DNA of 64,000 nt from the NCBI GenBank assembly GCA_049287025.1, contig JBAQFA010000009.1, positions 24,802 through 88,801 of the forward strand. The letters are read 5' to 3'. The notes beneath the pieces are model-generated. The model searched no databases. It was not told the DNA's origin and saw only the letters and a list, made by a program, of their open reading frames with translations. Of the stretch, positions 37,205 to 48,255 are shown one piece after another; the first letter of the stretch is position 1; each line of letters starts with the position of its first letter. A program made the translations under genes and the position numbers. This DNA comes from Candidatus Magasanikiibacteriota bacterium. GTDB lineage: Bacteria > Patescibacteriota > Patescibacteriia > Magasanikbacterales > UBA922.

Positions 37205-37753
37205 ATGTCAGAAGAAAACAATCTTGAAGAAAAAAAAGAAGAAATTATAGTTCCACCAGTCGTGGTAGCTACAGAACAAAAAGTAGAGGAGAAAATTAAA
37301 AGTGGTGGTTTTTTAAATAGCGGTTGGTGGCCGTTTTTTAGTTGGTTATTATTTTTTGGAATTTTTTGGGGAGTATTTATTTATTTAAAACCAGTGGCCA
37401 GTGATATTGTAAATAGTAAGGCCTTGGAAATTTTTACAAAATATAGCCAATATGTCGGTGTCGTGTTTGGTTTATTATCCATGGTGATTATTTATATTTT
37501 ATTTGGTTTAAAAAAATTGATTTTAAAAGCCAGATTAAATTTTATTAATGCGATAATTTTGGCTTTGGCTTATTTACCTTGGTATTTATTTGCGCGATAT
37601 TTAATTTTATACGAAAAACGCTATACTGATATTGGTCGCGGAGTAATTACGTATGTGGCTGGACCATTAAAAATGGCAGTACTGGTTGTGTTCGTGTTGG
37701 CCGGGGTGTGGTTGATTATTAGTTTGTTATTAAATTTAAAAAAAAGTAAATAA
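37205..37753 (+). CDS. Hypothetical membrane protein
   Basis: 182 aa with four predicted TM helices. Confidence 0.4.
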   Translation: MSEENNLEEKKEEIIVPPVVVATEQKVEEKIKSGGFLNSGWWPFFSWLLFFGIFWGVFIYLKPVASDIVNSKALEIFTKYSQYVGVVFGLLSMVIIYILFGLKKLILKARLNFINAIILALAYLPWYLFARYLILYEKRYTDIGRGVITYVAGPLKMAVLVVFVLAGVWLIISLLLNLKKSK

Positions 37754-37754
37754 T

Positions 37755-39149
37755 ATGAAAAAAATATTTTTATATACCTTCATAATTATTGCGCCATTAT
37801 TTTTAACGGGGTGTGTAGGAGATTTACAATCACTGTTGTGTGATTTTTTACCAGATTCTGATCATTGTTTTCAATCGGCCGCGATTCAAGAAGGGCAAGT
37901 AGAAGAATGTGAAAAAGTATCAGGTGAAAATTTTAAAGACACTGGTTCTAATCCACCACGCGACAAATGTTATTTATTAATTGCTGAAAATACGGGCAAT
38001 CTTGATGCTTGTAAACAAATAAAAGGCGGACCAATGTCGTATACTCAAGAGGAATGTATCTTGGGTGCGAGTATAAAGAATGAAGATCCAGCTGGGTGTA
38101 AAATGTTGACTGGTTCTGCGGCGGCACAGTGTAGAAAAGAGCTTGGGGTTAAAATTGATGCTGTCAAAGTAATTGAAGTAGACAAACAAATTGAAGAAAT
38201 AAAAAATTATTTGAAAGATGGTTCGGATCCAGATTTGGAAAAACAACTTAAAGGTTTGGAACAAAGACGCGAAGATATGTTGGGGGTGTTAACCAAGGCC
38301 AATAAGGATGAGTATGAAAAATTATCAGACCCGATTAGTCAAGAAATAATTGGGGACTTTGCCGTGGGTGATATTGACTCAGCGACTAAAAATAAATTAT
38401 TAGAATTTAACAAAAAATTAAAAGATAGTGGGGTGAAAATGAGCACTGAACAATATGAATCTATTCGCGATTATTTGGCTTATGTAAATAATCCAGATAA
38501 TGATATTGAAAATATGGATGGTAGTGGTATGACGAAAGATCGTTGGAATGAAAAAGTGGGGAATGCGGTAGACAAATTAAAATTTTGGAAAACTAATCCC
38601 AGTGAAGCCGAGAAGGGTTGGGATGAACAATTGCGTTTTTATGAAAGAATGCTAGAAAGACAGGCTGCTATAAATCAAGGTATGACAGAGTTGCAGGAAG
38701 ATTTTAATCGTAATATGGGTATGGTGTATGACGCGGCTGGAAATAAAATAGTGGATGTGGCCAAGGATGCTTTTATTGAAAAGTTTTTTGGAGAAATTAC
38801 GGGCAAGACTGTAGGTTGGACAACAATGGTTGTGGGAGAAGCGATTGATACGGTGAAGGCCGAAGCCAAATCAATGGAATTTCGTGGTTTAGCCAGAGCC
38901 TATGATTTGGGCATGGCTGAAGAAGTTGGTAAATTTGGTGGTGATGTAGAAAAAGCTCATGCGGAAGTGGTAAAGAAAATGATGGCTAATCCATATGAAT
39001 ACGAAGATGGCAATCCTTATGCCAAATATGGTAATATTTTGGAAAACAAAGATTGTGATGGATCAAATCCTCATTGTGTGAATAAAGAAGTGTTTTGGAA
39101 AGCTATGAAGAAATCATATAAATATCAACATCAGAGTAGTGGTAGTTAA
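37755..39149 (+). CDS. Hypothetical lipoprotein
   Basis: Lipobox LTGCVG. The mature part is Cys-rich at its N-terminus and then a charged helical domain. Confidence 0.45.
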   Translation: MKKIFLYTFIIIAPLFLTGCVGDLQSLLCDFLPDSDHCFQSAAIQEGQVEECEKVSGENFKDTGSNPPRDKCYLLIAENTGNLDACKQIKGGPMSYTQEECILGASIKNEDPAGCKMLTGSAAAQCRKELGVKIDAVKVIEVDKQIEEIKNYLKDGSDPDLEKQLKGLEQRREDMLGVLTKANKDEYEKLSDPISQEIIGDFAVGDIDSATKNKLLEFNKKLKDSGVKMSTEQYESIRDYLAYVNNPDNDIENMDGSGMTKDRWNEKVGNAVDKLKFWKTNPSEAEKGWDEQLRFYERMLERQAAINQGMTELQEDFNRNMGMVYDAAGNKIVDVAKDAFIEKFFGEITGKTVGWTTMVVGEAIDTVKAEAKSMEFRGLARAYDLGMAEEVGKFGGDVEKAHAEVVKKMMANPYEYEDGNPYAKYGNILENKDCDGSNPHCVNKEVFWKAMKKSYKYQHQSSGS

Positions 39150-39279
39150 TTACCCAAACTTGACAATTAGCCTAGAATAATATATAATCCGAGCAATCTT
39201 AAATTATGGTTCTCAGCTGTAATTTAGGAAGGCTCTCAAATAATTAAAATTTATAATTTAAAATTGAAAATTTACAAGT

Positions 39280-39540
39280 ATGCCTAATAAACAATCAGCC
39301 AAAAAGGCTTTACGTCAAACAAAAAAGAGAACAGAATTGAATCTTAAAGTAAAAGATACTTATAAGAAAGCAGTCAAAACTATTAACAAAGCAGTGGAAG
39401 CTGGAGAAAAAGAATTGAAAGAACAATTGAGATTAGCGCAAAAAGCTCTTGATAAAGCAGCTAAACGTGGAGTGATTAAGAAAAATACCGCTGGTCGGAA
39501 ATTGAGTCGTTTGGCAAAGAAGGTAAAGAATGTAAAATAA
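39280..39540 (+). CDS. rpsT: 30S ribosomal protein S20
   Basis: MPNKQSAKKALRQTKKRTELN.. is canonical S20. Confidence 0.9.
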   Translation: MPNKQSAKKALRQTKKRTELNLKVKDTYKKAVKTINKAVEAGEKELKEQLRLAQKALDKAAKRGVIKKNTAGRKLSRLAKKVKNVK

Positions 39541-39544
39541 AACA

Positions 39545-39590
39545 TTAAAAAACAGTAGAGCCGTAGCAATGCTACGGCTCTACTGTTTTT
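39545..39590. terminator. Bidirectional terminator between rpsT and holA
   Basis: AAACAGTAGAGCCGTAGCAATGCTACGGCTCTACTGTTTTTT. Confidence 0.6.
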
Positions 39591-39602
39591 TAAATGGTTT
39601 GA

Positions 39603-40574
39603 TTAAATAGATAATCTTCCAACAAACAAATCTAATAATAAGTCTGCCTGACCCTGACCAGTTTTTATTTTTTTATCAAAATCTAATAGAGACTGGTAAA
39701 TATTTTTTAGGGTTTGAAGATTATATTTTTTTACAAATGGCAGAGATTTTTTTACTACAAACGGATGCAATTCTAATTTACTGGCCATAATATTGCTACC
39801 AATATTATCCTCGCGGTCAAACAAATCACGCATTTCCAAAAGAATTCTAAACTGACGTAAGACCATAGAAAAAACATAATGGGGATCTTTGCCAATTTTG
39901 TATTGCTCGCGAATCATTTTGTAAACTTGCTTGGATTGGCCAGCGACAATTGCATCTACTAGATTAAATATATTGTCATCAGCACTGGCTTCTAAAAATA
40001 AGTTGACATCTTCAGTTTGAATTTCTTCATTACCTTTGTAAGCTAGCAGTTGTTCAATTAGAGAATTTATTAGCCAAATGTCGCCTTTGGTATTTTGGAC
40101 TAAGAGTTGCAAAGCATGAGAACTGATTTTTCCATTTTTTTCTTTAATTTCAGTGTCAATCCAGGCAGATAATTTGGCGCCAATAAGAGCAGGAAATTCT
40201 TGAGCATATTTTTCTTTTTCTAAACGTTCATAAAATTCCTTGGCCACTTTAGTTTTTGGTTTGCCTTCACCTTCCCAAAAAATATAAACATTATCTTCGG
40301 GTAAGTTTTTTTCTTCCACTCGTTTGAGAATTTGTTCTTGTAGATCACCTTTTTTGGTAGCCGATAACAAATTTTCTAATACTACCATACGTTTTTCGGC
40401 CAAGAATGGCATGGACAAAATTTGTTCCATAATCAAACCCGGTTCTTCTTTTTCACAATCCAAAATTGTCACATTCAAACCTTGGGGGTCGCGATCAATT
40501 TTAAATTTTTCAATCATTTTTTTTAATTGTTTGCGACTGCGAAAAGTGTCAGCGCCGTACAAGAAGATTATCAT
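39603..40574 (-). CDS. holA: DNA polymerase III delta subunit
   Basis: 323 aa with HolA-like N-terminal and C-terminal domains. The start is MIIFLYGAD. Confidence 0.7.
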   Translation of the reverse strand: MIIFLYGADTFRSRKQLKKMIEKFKIDRDPQGLNVTILDCEKEEPGLIMEQILSMPFLAEKRMVVLENLLSATKKGDLQEQILKRVEEKNLPEDNVYIFWEGEGKPKTKVAKEFYERLEKEKYAQEFPALIGAKLSAWIDTEIKEKNGKISSHALQLLVQNTKGDIWLINSLIEQLLAYKGNEEIQTEDVNLFLEASADDNIFNLVDAIVAGQSKQVYKMIREQYKIGKDPHYVFSMVLRQFRILLEMRDLFDREDNIGSNIMASKLELHPFVVKKSLPFVKKYNLQTLKNIYQSLLDFDKKIKTGQGQADLLLDLFVGRLSI

Positions 40575-40753
40575 ATTTTTTTTGTAATCCCGATCCCGAC
40601 TAAGTCGGGAGAGGGATCCCTTTTTAATGCATTTTAACTTGTAATATAAAGAATTTTATTTAGTTAGATGTTTTTTGTTTTGAAAAGGGATTCTTCACTT
40701 CCTCTTCCACTTCATTTCACTCAGTGTCAGAGTCCGTTCAGAATGACAGACGG

Positions 40754-43429
40754 TTATTTAAGTTCTCCCCACCTAGTACCAATATCCACATGGACTTCGA
40801 CTGGGACATTTAATTTTACCACATTTTCCATAGCTTCTTTTACAATTTTACCTACATCTTCAGCCAAACTTTTTTCTACTTCCAAAACAATTTCATCATG
40901 AACTTGTAATATCATTTTTACCTTGTCTTTGGGAAACTGTGTACTTTGAGCGGTTAACTGTGAATCAATTTCTATCATGGCCATTTTCATCAAATCAGCG
41001 GCTGTACCCTGGATAGGCATATTAATAGCCATGCGTTCGCCAGCATTTCGCAATTGAAAATTATCTGATTGTAATTCTGGTACGTATCTTTTTCTGCCAA
41101 ACAAAGTCTCTACATAACCATCTTTATGAGCAAGTTTTAGAGTATCATCAAGATATTTTTTTACACCACTAAAATTTTCAAAATATTTTTTTATAAAATC
41201 TTTGGCTTCCCAATTGGTAATACCAGTCCGAGAAGCGAGACCAAACGCACCCATACCATAGAGAACACCAAAATTTACTTCCTTTGCTGCTCTCCTCATT
41301 TCTTTGGTCACTTTTTCCAGTTTAACTCCGTTGATAACAGCGGCGGTGGCAGTATGAATATCTTTGTTTTGTTTGAAAATTTCAATCATTTTTTCATCTC
41401 TGGCGAGTGAAGCCACAATACGAAGTTCAATTTGAGAATAATCAGCCACGACCAAGACATTGCCAGGCTCAGCAATAAAAGCATTGCGAATTTCTTTGCC
41501 AAGTTCGGTTCTAATCGGAATGTTTTGCAAATTTGGATCAGAACTAGATAGTCTGCCAGTAGTAGTGACAGCTTGATTAAAAGTAGTGTGGATGCGATTA
41601 GTTTTTGGATTGATTAATTTTGGTAAAACATCTACATAAGTACTCTGTAATTTGGCTAACTCGCGATGTTCACGAATCATATCAATAATGGGATGGATAC
41701 CAGATAATTTATCTAGTTCTGACTCGGCTGTGGAATAACCAGTCTTACCTTTTTTTATACCCTCAGCCGGTAGGCCCATTTTTTCAAACAAAATATCTCT
41801 GAGTTGAGTTGATGAGGCGACATTGAATTCTTCGCCAGCTTCCTTATAGATTTTTTTGGTGACTTTATCAATCGCTTTGGCCACGTCTTTGGAAAGTTGA
41901 TTTAAAACCGGGACATCAACGGCTATACCATTTAATTCCATGTCTGCTAATATGGGAATTAGTTTCATTTCTACGTTGTTAAATAAACCAATGTCACTTT
42001 CTTCTTCTAAAGCTTTTTTTTGTTTAGAATAAATTTGTAAAATAATATCTAGCTCTCTAGCTACTAGATTTGGATCCACTCCAAACAAACTGCTTTGGTC
42101 TGAACCAGTCGGTAAATCAATCCCAAGTTCACGTAGAGCAATGGAACGTAAATCATGATTGCGGTTGCTGGAGTTGATTAGATAGGAGGCGATCATGACA
42201 TCGAACAACACAGAAAACACATCAACAGAACAACACCTCAACACTTTAACCAATTGCTTCAAATCATGTCCAACTATAATTTTATTTTTATCTTGAAAAA
42301 TTTTAAAAATATCTCTGCTTGGTTTTTCTATATAATAATTATTTTTGGCAGTAGAAAAAACTATACCAACCAATTCTCCATCCAGAATATTTTTTCCATT
42401 CAAGACCTCTTTACAAGCAATAATATTTTCGTTTTCTAATTCTTTAATTATATTCTCAATATTATTCTTGTCAGCAACTACAAGCTTCTTGGCTTTTGTT
42501 TTTTTTATGTTGGTCTGTTGTTCTGTTGACGTGTCTTTTTGTGTATATCCAGGAATCCTTTTTAACATGGAAAAGAACTCAAACTTTTTGAATAAGTCAG
42601 CTACAGTATTGATATCAAATTCATGAGTAATACAGTTTTCTAATTTAAAATCTAGATCAGGGACGTCGCGGATAATTGTAGCTAATTCATGGCTCATAAA
42701 GGCGTTTGTTTCGTCTTCTTCTAATTTTTTTACCACACCAGGTTTTAGAGTGGAATCTTCTTTATAATTTTTGTAAATTTCATTTATTCCACCAAATTTG
42801 GTAATAAGTTCAACCGCGGTTTTTTCACCAATGCCATTAACCCCAGGGATATTATCTGAAGTGTCTCCGCGCAAAGCTTTATAATCTACAATTCTTTCCG
42901 GTCCAAAGCCATATTTTTTCTTTACTTCTTCACTGTCATACATAACAATGTCGCTCATACCTTTTCTCAAAGCATATACCTTTGTATTTTTACCAACAAT
43001 TTGTAACAAGTCCATGTCGCCAGTGACCACAATGTTTTCTATATCTGGATTTTTGTTTTCCAGGATTTTTGTAACCGTGCCTATTACATCATCAGCTTCA
43101 TAGCCTGGTTTAACATAAATAGGGATATTAAAAGCCTCAACGATTTTATAACAAAGCGGAATTTGGTCGTAAAGTTCTTGATCAGCTCTGACACGAGTTG
43201 CTTTATAATCTTTGTAAACCTTGTCACGAAAAGTGCCACCAGCCACATCAAAACTAACCGCGATATAATCTGGTTTCAAATCAGCCATGACTTTTAGAAG
43301 CATGGAAGTAAAACCATAAACAGCGTTGATCATAGTACCATCTTTGGCAGTCAATGGTGGTAGGGCGTGATAAGCACGGTGGACTATGGCGTTGCCGTCT
43401 ATTATTACAAATTTTTTTTCTCCGGACAT
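40754..43429 (-). CDS. polA: DNA polymerase I, full length
   Basis: 5'-3' exonuclease, 3'-5' exonuclease-like and polymerase domains are present. Motif A is DYSQIELR and motif B is RRAAKEVNFGVLYGMGAFGL. Confidence 0.95.
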   Translation of the reverse strand: MSGEKKFVIIDGNAIVHRAYHALPPLTAKDGTMINAVYGFTSMLLKVMADLKPDYIAVSFDVAGGTFRDKVYKDYKATRVRADQELYDQIPLCYKIVEAFNIPIYVKPGYEADDVIGTVTKILENKNPDIENIVVTGDMDLLQIVGKNTKVYALRKGMSDIVMYDSEEVKKKYGFGPERIVDYKALRGDTSDNIPGVNGIGEKTAVELITKFGGINEIYKNYKEDSTLKPGVVKKLEEDETNAFMSHELATIIRDVPDLDFKLENCITHEFDINTVADLFKKFEFFSMLKRIPGYTQKDTSTEQQTNIKKTKAKKLVVADKNNIENIIKELENENIIACKEVLNGKNILDGELVGIVFSTAKNNYYIEKPSRDIFKIFQDKNKIIVGHDLKQLVKVLRCCSVDVFSVLFDVMIASYLINSSNRNHDLRSIALRELGIDLPTGSDQSSLFGVDPNLVARELDIILQIYSKQKKALEEESDIGLFNNVEMKLIPILADMELNGIAVDVPVLNQLSKDVAKAIDKVTKKIYKEAGEEFNVASSTQLRDILFEKMGLPAEGIKKGKTGYSTAESELDKLSGIHPIIDMIREHRELAKLQSTYVDVLPKLINPKTNRIHTTFNQAVTTTGRLSSSDPNLQNIPIRTELGKEIRNAFIAEPGNVLVVADYSQIELRIVASLARDEKMIEIFKQNKDIHTATAAVINGVKLEKVTKEMRRAAKEVNFGVLYGMGAFGLASRTGITNWEAKDFIKKYFENFSGVKKYLDDTLKLAHKDGYVETLFGRKRYVPELQSDNFQLRNAGERMAINMPIQGTAADLMKMAMIEIDSQLTAQSTQFPKDKVKMILQVHDEIVLEVEKSLAEDVGKIVKEAMENVVKLNVPVEVHVDIGTRWGELK

Positions 43430-43616
43430 AAGAAGTAAGACTTAGGACATAGGATTATTATGGGAGTATTGTAGCATTAAAAGAGTAAGGAATAAAGAGT
43501 AAGGAATAAGGAATAAAAATTAAAGGCTTACTGGGCTCACAAAGCTGACAAGGCTTACTAAAATTAAACTAAAATGTGATATAAATTTAACAAAAATCCG
43601 CCGAAGAGGCGGATTG

Positions 43617-43688
43617 AGGTACCGGTGGGAATCGCACCCACGCATAGAGGTTTTGCAGACCTCTGCCTTACTGCTTGGCTACGGTACC
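43617..43688 (-). tRNA. tRNA-Cys(GCA)
   Basis: Acceptor GGTACCG/CGGTACC, anticodon loop CTGCAAA, T-arm GGGTGCGATTCCCAC, discriminator U. Confidence 0.75.
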
Positions 43689-43796
43689 GTATGTAAATTT
43701 TCAAAATGATTATAACAGGGTTTGTATTTTTTTTCAAGGGGTTAAAAACCCGCCTGTTGGCGGGTTGTTTAATGTTATTTGTTATCTGAATTCTGA

Positions 43797-44390
43797 TTAG
43801 AAGATTTCCATTTCAATTCTTTTCACGCCAAATTGTTTGGCTTCACTATATTCTGGTAACCAGACATCAACACGACCATGGCCATAGCGGGCGTTCATTC
43901 TATCGCGAACAATAAAAATTTTGTCGCCATAGATTTCAGGAAATTTGACCTGAGTACCCATAGGTAGGAAGTTGGCAGCAATTGTATTGCCAAAACCCTG
44001 TTCTTCGTATTGTTTACACAAATTATGACCATTGGCAGTAATACAAGGAGTTGAGTCAGTTTGTCCAACCAAACTATTATAAGCAGTGGCGACGACTTCT
44101 ACTGTTTTTACTGGTTTTTTGTCTTCAGCTATTGGAAAATTGACTGGTTCAGTAGAAGTATCAGACCTGAATATATCTATAAAAGGAGTAAGAATAGATT
44201 GAGCTTCTACAGTTTGAATAGGTAAAGCAGAGACAAAGACTGATATAGCTACCGCCACGGAGATTGACATCTTCAAAGTCTTATGATAAATTGTACTTTT
44301 GAAAATATTCATACTTGGATTAAAAAATCCTGAGGTTAACTCAGGAATTGAATTACGCGATATATTACCATGTTTTTGGTTATTTGTCAA
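43797..44390 (-). CDS. 3D-domain protein, with a YocH/MltA-like cell-wall-associated double-psi beta-barrel
   Basis: It has a signal/TM segment and a C-terminal 3D motif (..RYGHGRVDVWLPEYSEAKQFG). Confidence 0.6.
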   Translation of the reverse strand: MTNNQKHGNISRNSIPELTSGFFNPSMNIFKSTIYHKTLKMSISVAVAISVFVSALPIQTVEAQSILTPFIDIFRSDTSTEPVNFPIAEDKKPVKTVEVVATAYNSLVGQTDSTPCITANGHNLCKQYEEQGFGNTIAANFLPMGTQVKFPEIYGDKIFIVRDRMNARYGHGRVDVWLPEYSEAKQFGVKRIEMEIF

Positions 44391-44488
44391 CCCTATGAAT
44401 GGTGGGGTAAAATGTGGTATAATGTATTTAGACTTGTTTTTTTGCTAAAATAAGGTAAATTTATCATAAAAAGTTATACACACTAATT

Positions 44489-47476
44489 ATGTCTGAAATC
44501 AAACCAAAACGTCGAGTTTATGGTTATACCAATAATCATGATGAAAAAATTAACAAAATAGTTCATGGTTATAACAAACCTGTACAGACTAAAATTAATC
44601 ATCCTAATAATAAAAAATGGCTAAAAATAGCAGTTTTACCTTTTCTTGTTATTGGATGGATATTCAAATTTTTGTGGTTTTTGTGGACAAAAAGACCAAG
44701 ATTGTCTCAATCAATAAAGAAAAAACTGCGCGCTAAATTGGGCTGGGTGATTTTAACATGTATAGTAATAGGATTTTTATTAGCGACTATTTTGGTAGCT
44801 TGGGCAAGTAAAGATTTACCTGACCCAGACAAATTGACCGACAGAAAAGTGGCCCAGAGTACCAAAATTTATGATCGAACGGGGGAACATATCCTCTATG
44901 AGGTGTTTGCTGATCAAAAAAGAACCATGGTGACATTGGATAAGATTCCTAAAAATTTAGTTAATGGTGTAATTGCTACTGAAGACAGTCAATTTTATGA
45001 GCACCATGGCGTTAGAATTACTAGTTTTATTCGCGCAGTTGTATACGGTGTGTTTACTAGCAAACAAATTGGTGGGACTTCTACTCTTACTCAACAATTG
45101 GTAAAGAACGCGATTTTAACCACAGAAAGAAGTTATATAAGAAAGTTAAAAGAAATAATTTTGTCTTTGCGTTTGGAACAAAAATATAGTAAAGACCAAA
45201 TTTTACAGATTTATTTTAATGAAATTCCTTATGGTTCTACCAACTATGGTGTACAGTCAGCGGCGCATAGTTATTTTGGTAAAGATGTTTCAGAATTAAA
45301 TCTCCAAGAATGTGCTACTTTGGCTGGTTTGCCACAAGCCCCCTCTCGTTTTCTTGGTGATCCAGAAGCTTTAAAACAACGTCGAGATTTTGTTTTGGGT
45401 AGAATGTTTGCCGAAGGCTATATTACCGAAGAAGAAAAAAACAAGGCTCAAGCTGAACCAATAACTTTGGAAAAAAGATTTGGAGAAATTAAAGCGCCAC
45501 ATTTTGTTTTGTATGTACGTCAACAATTGGTAGATATGTATGGTGAACAGACCGTAGATACTGGTGGATTAAAAGTTTATACCACTTTGGATTGGGGAAA
45601 ACAAGAATCAGCCGAAAAAGCGGTGAAAGAACAATCAGAAAAATTATTTGAAGCGGCTAAAGCTAATAATGCGTCTTTGGTAGCACTAGATCCAAAGACT
45701 GGTCAAGTATTGGCCATGGTGGGCTCGCGTGATTTTTATGATGACAGTATTAGTGGACAGTTCAATGTTGCCACTTTGGGCAAGCGTCAGCCTGGGTCTT
45801 CATTCAAACCAATTATTTATACGGCCGCTTTTGAAAAAGGTTATACTCCAGATACTTTGTTGTGGGATGTAAAAACTAATTTTGCGGTGTCAGGTAATTC
45901 TTATGAACCACAAAATTATGATTTGAAAGAACGTGGACCAGTGAGAATGCGCGAAGCTTTGCAAGGTTCTTTGAACATCCCCGCTGTTCAAACCTTATAT
46001 TTAGTTGGCGCAAAAAAAGGCGTAGAGTTTGCCGAACGATTGGGTTACACCACCCTTAGTGAAGGTGAATTTGGTTTGTCTCTAGTCTTGGGTGGTGGTG
46101 AAGTAAAATTGATTGAACATACCAATGCTTTTGCTGTGTTTGCTAATAATGGTGTAAAACAGAATTATAATAGTATTATGAAAGTGGAGGACAATGACGG
46201 AGGAATTTTGTATGAATGGAAACAAAAAAAAGGTGAGCGGATTTTGGATGAAAAAATTTCAGCGACAATTTCTAATGTACTTAGTGATGATGAAGCTAGA
46301 GCATCTGTTTTTGGTGCGGGCGGAGTTCTTACTTTACCCGATAGAAAAGTAGCCGTAAAAACTGGTACGACAAATAACTATGTGGATGCTTGGACAGTTG
46401 GGTATACGCCAAATTTGGTTGCCGGAGTTTGGGTGGGTAGAACAGACAATAAACCAATGAATAAAGGTGATGGTGGTAGTAGATTGGCGGCGCCGATTTG
46501 GAAACAATTTATGGTGGATGCTTTGAAAGATATGCCTATAGAAAATTTTCCTGACATGCCAGCCAATGATGCCCAAAAACCAATTTTGCGTGGTTCAATT
46601 GGCGGGGGTATTACTTTGCCGATTGATAAAATTACGGGCAAGATTGCCACTAGTTCAACACCACAACAATATATTGTAGAGAGAAAATATTTACCAGCTC
46701 ATTCTATACTATATTATGTAAATAAAGATGACCCACGCGGAGATCCACCACAAAACCCTAGTGATGATCCACAATATGCCATTTGGGAACAGGCAATTCA
46801 AGATTGGGTAGCGAGAAAAAAAGCTGAGAATCCAGATTGGAGTATTAGTTTTGAAGAACCACCGACTGAATATGATGATCTTCATTCTTTGGAACAAGCG
46901 CCGACTTTGGAAATTATTTATCCACAAGTTAGTAGCACACTTTATTCTCGACAATTGGATACAGATATACGAGCGACAGCGGAGCGCGGAGTAAGTAAAG
47001 TGAGTTATAAAATTGATGATAAAAATATTGCCACGATAAAAGATTATCCATTTAATCTTAGTTATAATTTGCGCGAGTTTGCCCCGGGTTGGCATACTTT
47101 GACTGTGACAGTGGAAGATGATATTGGTAATCGACGACAAGAACAGGTGCCATTCAATCTAGATGCCGAAGAAGAACCACCAGCAATTTATTTTTCTGAA
47201 AAAGATATAACACTCCAGGCCAGTGATTTTCCTCGGACATTTTTTATGAACCATTTTCGGATTAATGAAATTAGCGCCGTGGCAATTTACAAAAGACAAA
47301 ATGACAATAATACTCTGATTGCTAGTGTAAATGATTTTTCTAATTTGTTTAATAATCAAGTAATGTTTAGATGGGACGAAACGCCAGCGCCAGGGGAGTA
47401 TGAATTAATTGCGGAAATAAAATTGAAAGATGGAAGTGTGAGGGAGAGTGGAAGACTCCACGTTGTTATTGAATAA
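44489..47476 (+). CDS. Class A penicillin-binding protein (bifunctional transglycosylase/transpeptidase) with a long C-terminal extension
   Basis: The GT51 motif is IATEDSQFYEHHGV. The transpeptidase motifs are GSSFKP, SGN and KTGTT. The extra C-terminal ~250 aa form a beta-rich domain. Confidence 0.9.
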   Translation: MSEIKPKRRVYGYTNNHDEKINKIVHGYNKPVQTKINHPNNKKWLKIAVLPFLVIGWIFKFLWFLWTKRPRLSQSIKKKLRAKLGWVILTCIVIGFLLATILVAWASKDLPDPDKLTDRKVAQSTKIYDRTGEHILYEVFADQKRTMVTLDKIPKNLVNGVIATEDSQFYEHHGVRITSFIRAVVYGVFTSKQIGGTSTLTQQLVKNAILTTERSYIRKLKEIILSLRLEQKYSKDQILQIYFNEIPYGSTNYGVQSAAHSYFGKDVSELNLQECATLAGLPQAPSRFLGDPEALKQRRDFVLGRMFAEGYITEEEKNKAQAEPITLEKRFGEIKAPHFVLYVRQQLVDMYGEQTVDTGGLKVYTTLDWGKQESAEKAVKEQSEKLFEAAKANNASLVALDPKTGQVLAMVGSRDFYDDSISGQFNVATLGKRQPGSSFKPIIYTAAFEKGYTPDTLLWDVKTNFAVSGNSYEPQNYDLKERGPVRMREALQGSLNIPAVQTLYLVGAKKGVEFAERLGYTTLSEGEFGLSLVLGGGEVKLIEHTNAFAVFANNGVKQNYNSIMKVEDNDGGILYEWKQKKGERILDEKISATISNVLSDDEARASVFGAGGVLTLPDRKVAVKTGTTNNYVDAWTVGYTPNLVAGVWVGRTDNKPMNKGDGGSRLAAPIWKQFMVDALKDMPIENFPDMPANDAQKPILRGSIGGGITLPIDKITGKIATSSTPQQYIVERKYLPAHSILYYVNKDDPRGDPPQNPSDDPQYAIWEQAIQDWVARKKAENPDWSISFEEPPTEYDDLHSLEQAPTLEIIYPQVSSTLYSRQLDTDIRATAERGVSKVSYKIDDKNIATIKDYPFNLSYNLREFAPGWHTLTVTVEDDIGNRRQEQVPFNLDAEEEPPAIYFSEKDITLQASDFPRTFFMNHFRINEISAVAIYKRQNDNNTLIASVNDFSNLFNNQVMFRWDETPAPGEYELIAEIKLKDGSVRESGRLHVVIE

Positions 47477-47596
47477 TTTTTGGTTTGATGACTGTTTACG
47501 TACTAATTACGAAACTTACGAATCTACGAAACTACCATTGTTAAATTGCCACATTGTTAAATTGTTAATGATACACACAGAAGAAAGTCTGTTAAT

Positions 47597-47625
47597 GTAA
47601 ATTTTACGGAAATTAAACAAAAAAT
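47597..47625. repeat. Left 27-bp direct repeat flanking the 47.6-49.8 kb module
   Basis: AAATTTTACGGAAATTAAACAAAAAAT. Its partner at 49779-49807 is AAATTTTACGAAAATTAAACAAAAATT, 26 of 27 nt identical. Confidence 0.65.
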
Positions 47626-47656
47626 CCCTTCCTAAATGGTTGGGATTTTTTTGTCT
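47620..47656. terminator. Bidirectional terminator
   Basis: AAAATCCCttcctaaatggttGGGATTTTTTT. Confidence 0.55.
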
Positions 47657-47677
47657 CGTTTGTCGACAAGTCGAGAT

Positions 47678-47704
47678 GCCGAGCTCACGCGCCGGCCTAC
47701 GCCT
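47678..47704 (-). repeat. Box A copy 5, on the minus strand, downstream of cassette 7
   Basis: The reverse complement reads GGCGTAGGCCGGCGCGTGAGCTCGGCA. A GTCGAC..GTCGAG mini-hairpin sits next to it. Confidence 0.7.
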
Positions 47705-47784
47705 ATTTAATCCATAGATGGAGTGCCACTTTTGAATGTGTGTGGCGCACAGTGAAGAGGTGTGGAACAAGCCGGCCATGTTTA

Positions 47785-48231
47785 TCAGATTTTGAATTCC
47801 TGATAAATCCTGGCCAGCACCTTTGCAGCCGTATGAACTCGTTCCAGGATGTTCGTGAGTGCGTCGGAGAATTCGTGCCACTCCCAGACAGTCTCTTCCC
47901 CGTCACTTTTCAGGTTGTAGCTACCCATCATGGCGGCAAACACTTGGTAGGCGTTAACGCTTCGGCCTGTTTTTTCCCCACGCAGTATACTGCCGTGTAT
48001 GTGTTGCGCGTAGTTTTCAAGCCACTCAACCAAATCTTCGTTCCCCTCTATTTTCTGTAGAAGCTGGTCTGCGATTTGATCAACGCTTTCCTTACAACAC
48101 TCTTCATCTGCGTCAAGTCGTAAGTACAGGCAAACGATGGCGATCAGATTGGGTGGAAGGTCATAGCATCCCTCAGGATAAGTCCTGAGCATAGGCTCGC
48201 CTTCTCCCCAGCTAGAAAGGTAGAGCATCAC
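47785..48231 (-). CDS. GC-rich cassette 7: hypothetical acidic protein
   Basis: SD AAGGAGGTGA. About 148 aa, GC-rich. Confidence 0.5.
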   Translation of the reverse strand: MMLYLSSWGEGEPMLRTYPEGCYDLPPNLIAIVCLYLRLDADEECCKESVDQIADQLLQKIEGNEDLVEWLENYAQHIHGSILRGEKTGRSVNAYQVFAAMMGSYNLKSDGEETVWEWHEFSDALTNILERVHTAAKVLARIYQEFKI

Positions 48232-48255
48232 TCACCTCCTTGTTTACAAAGAACG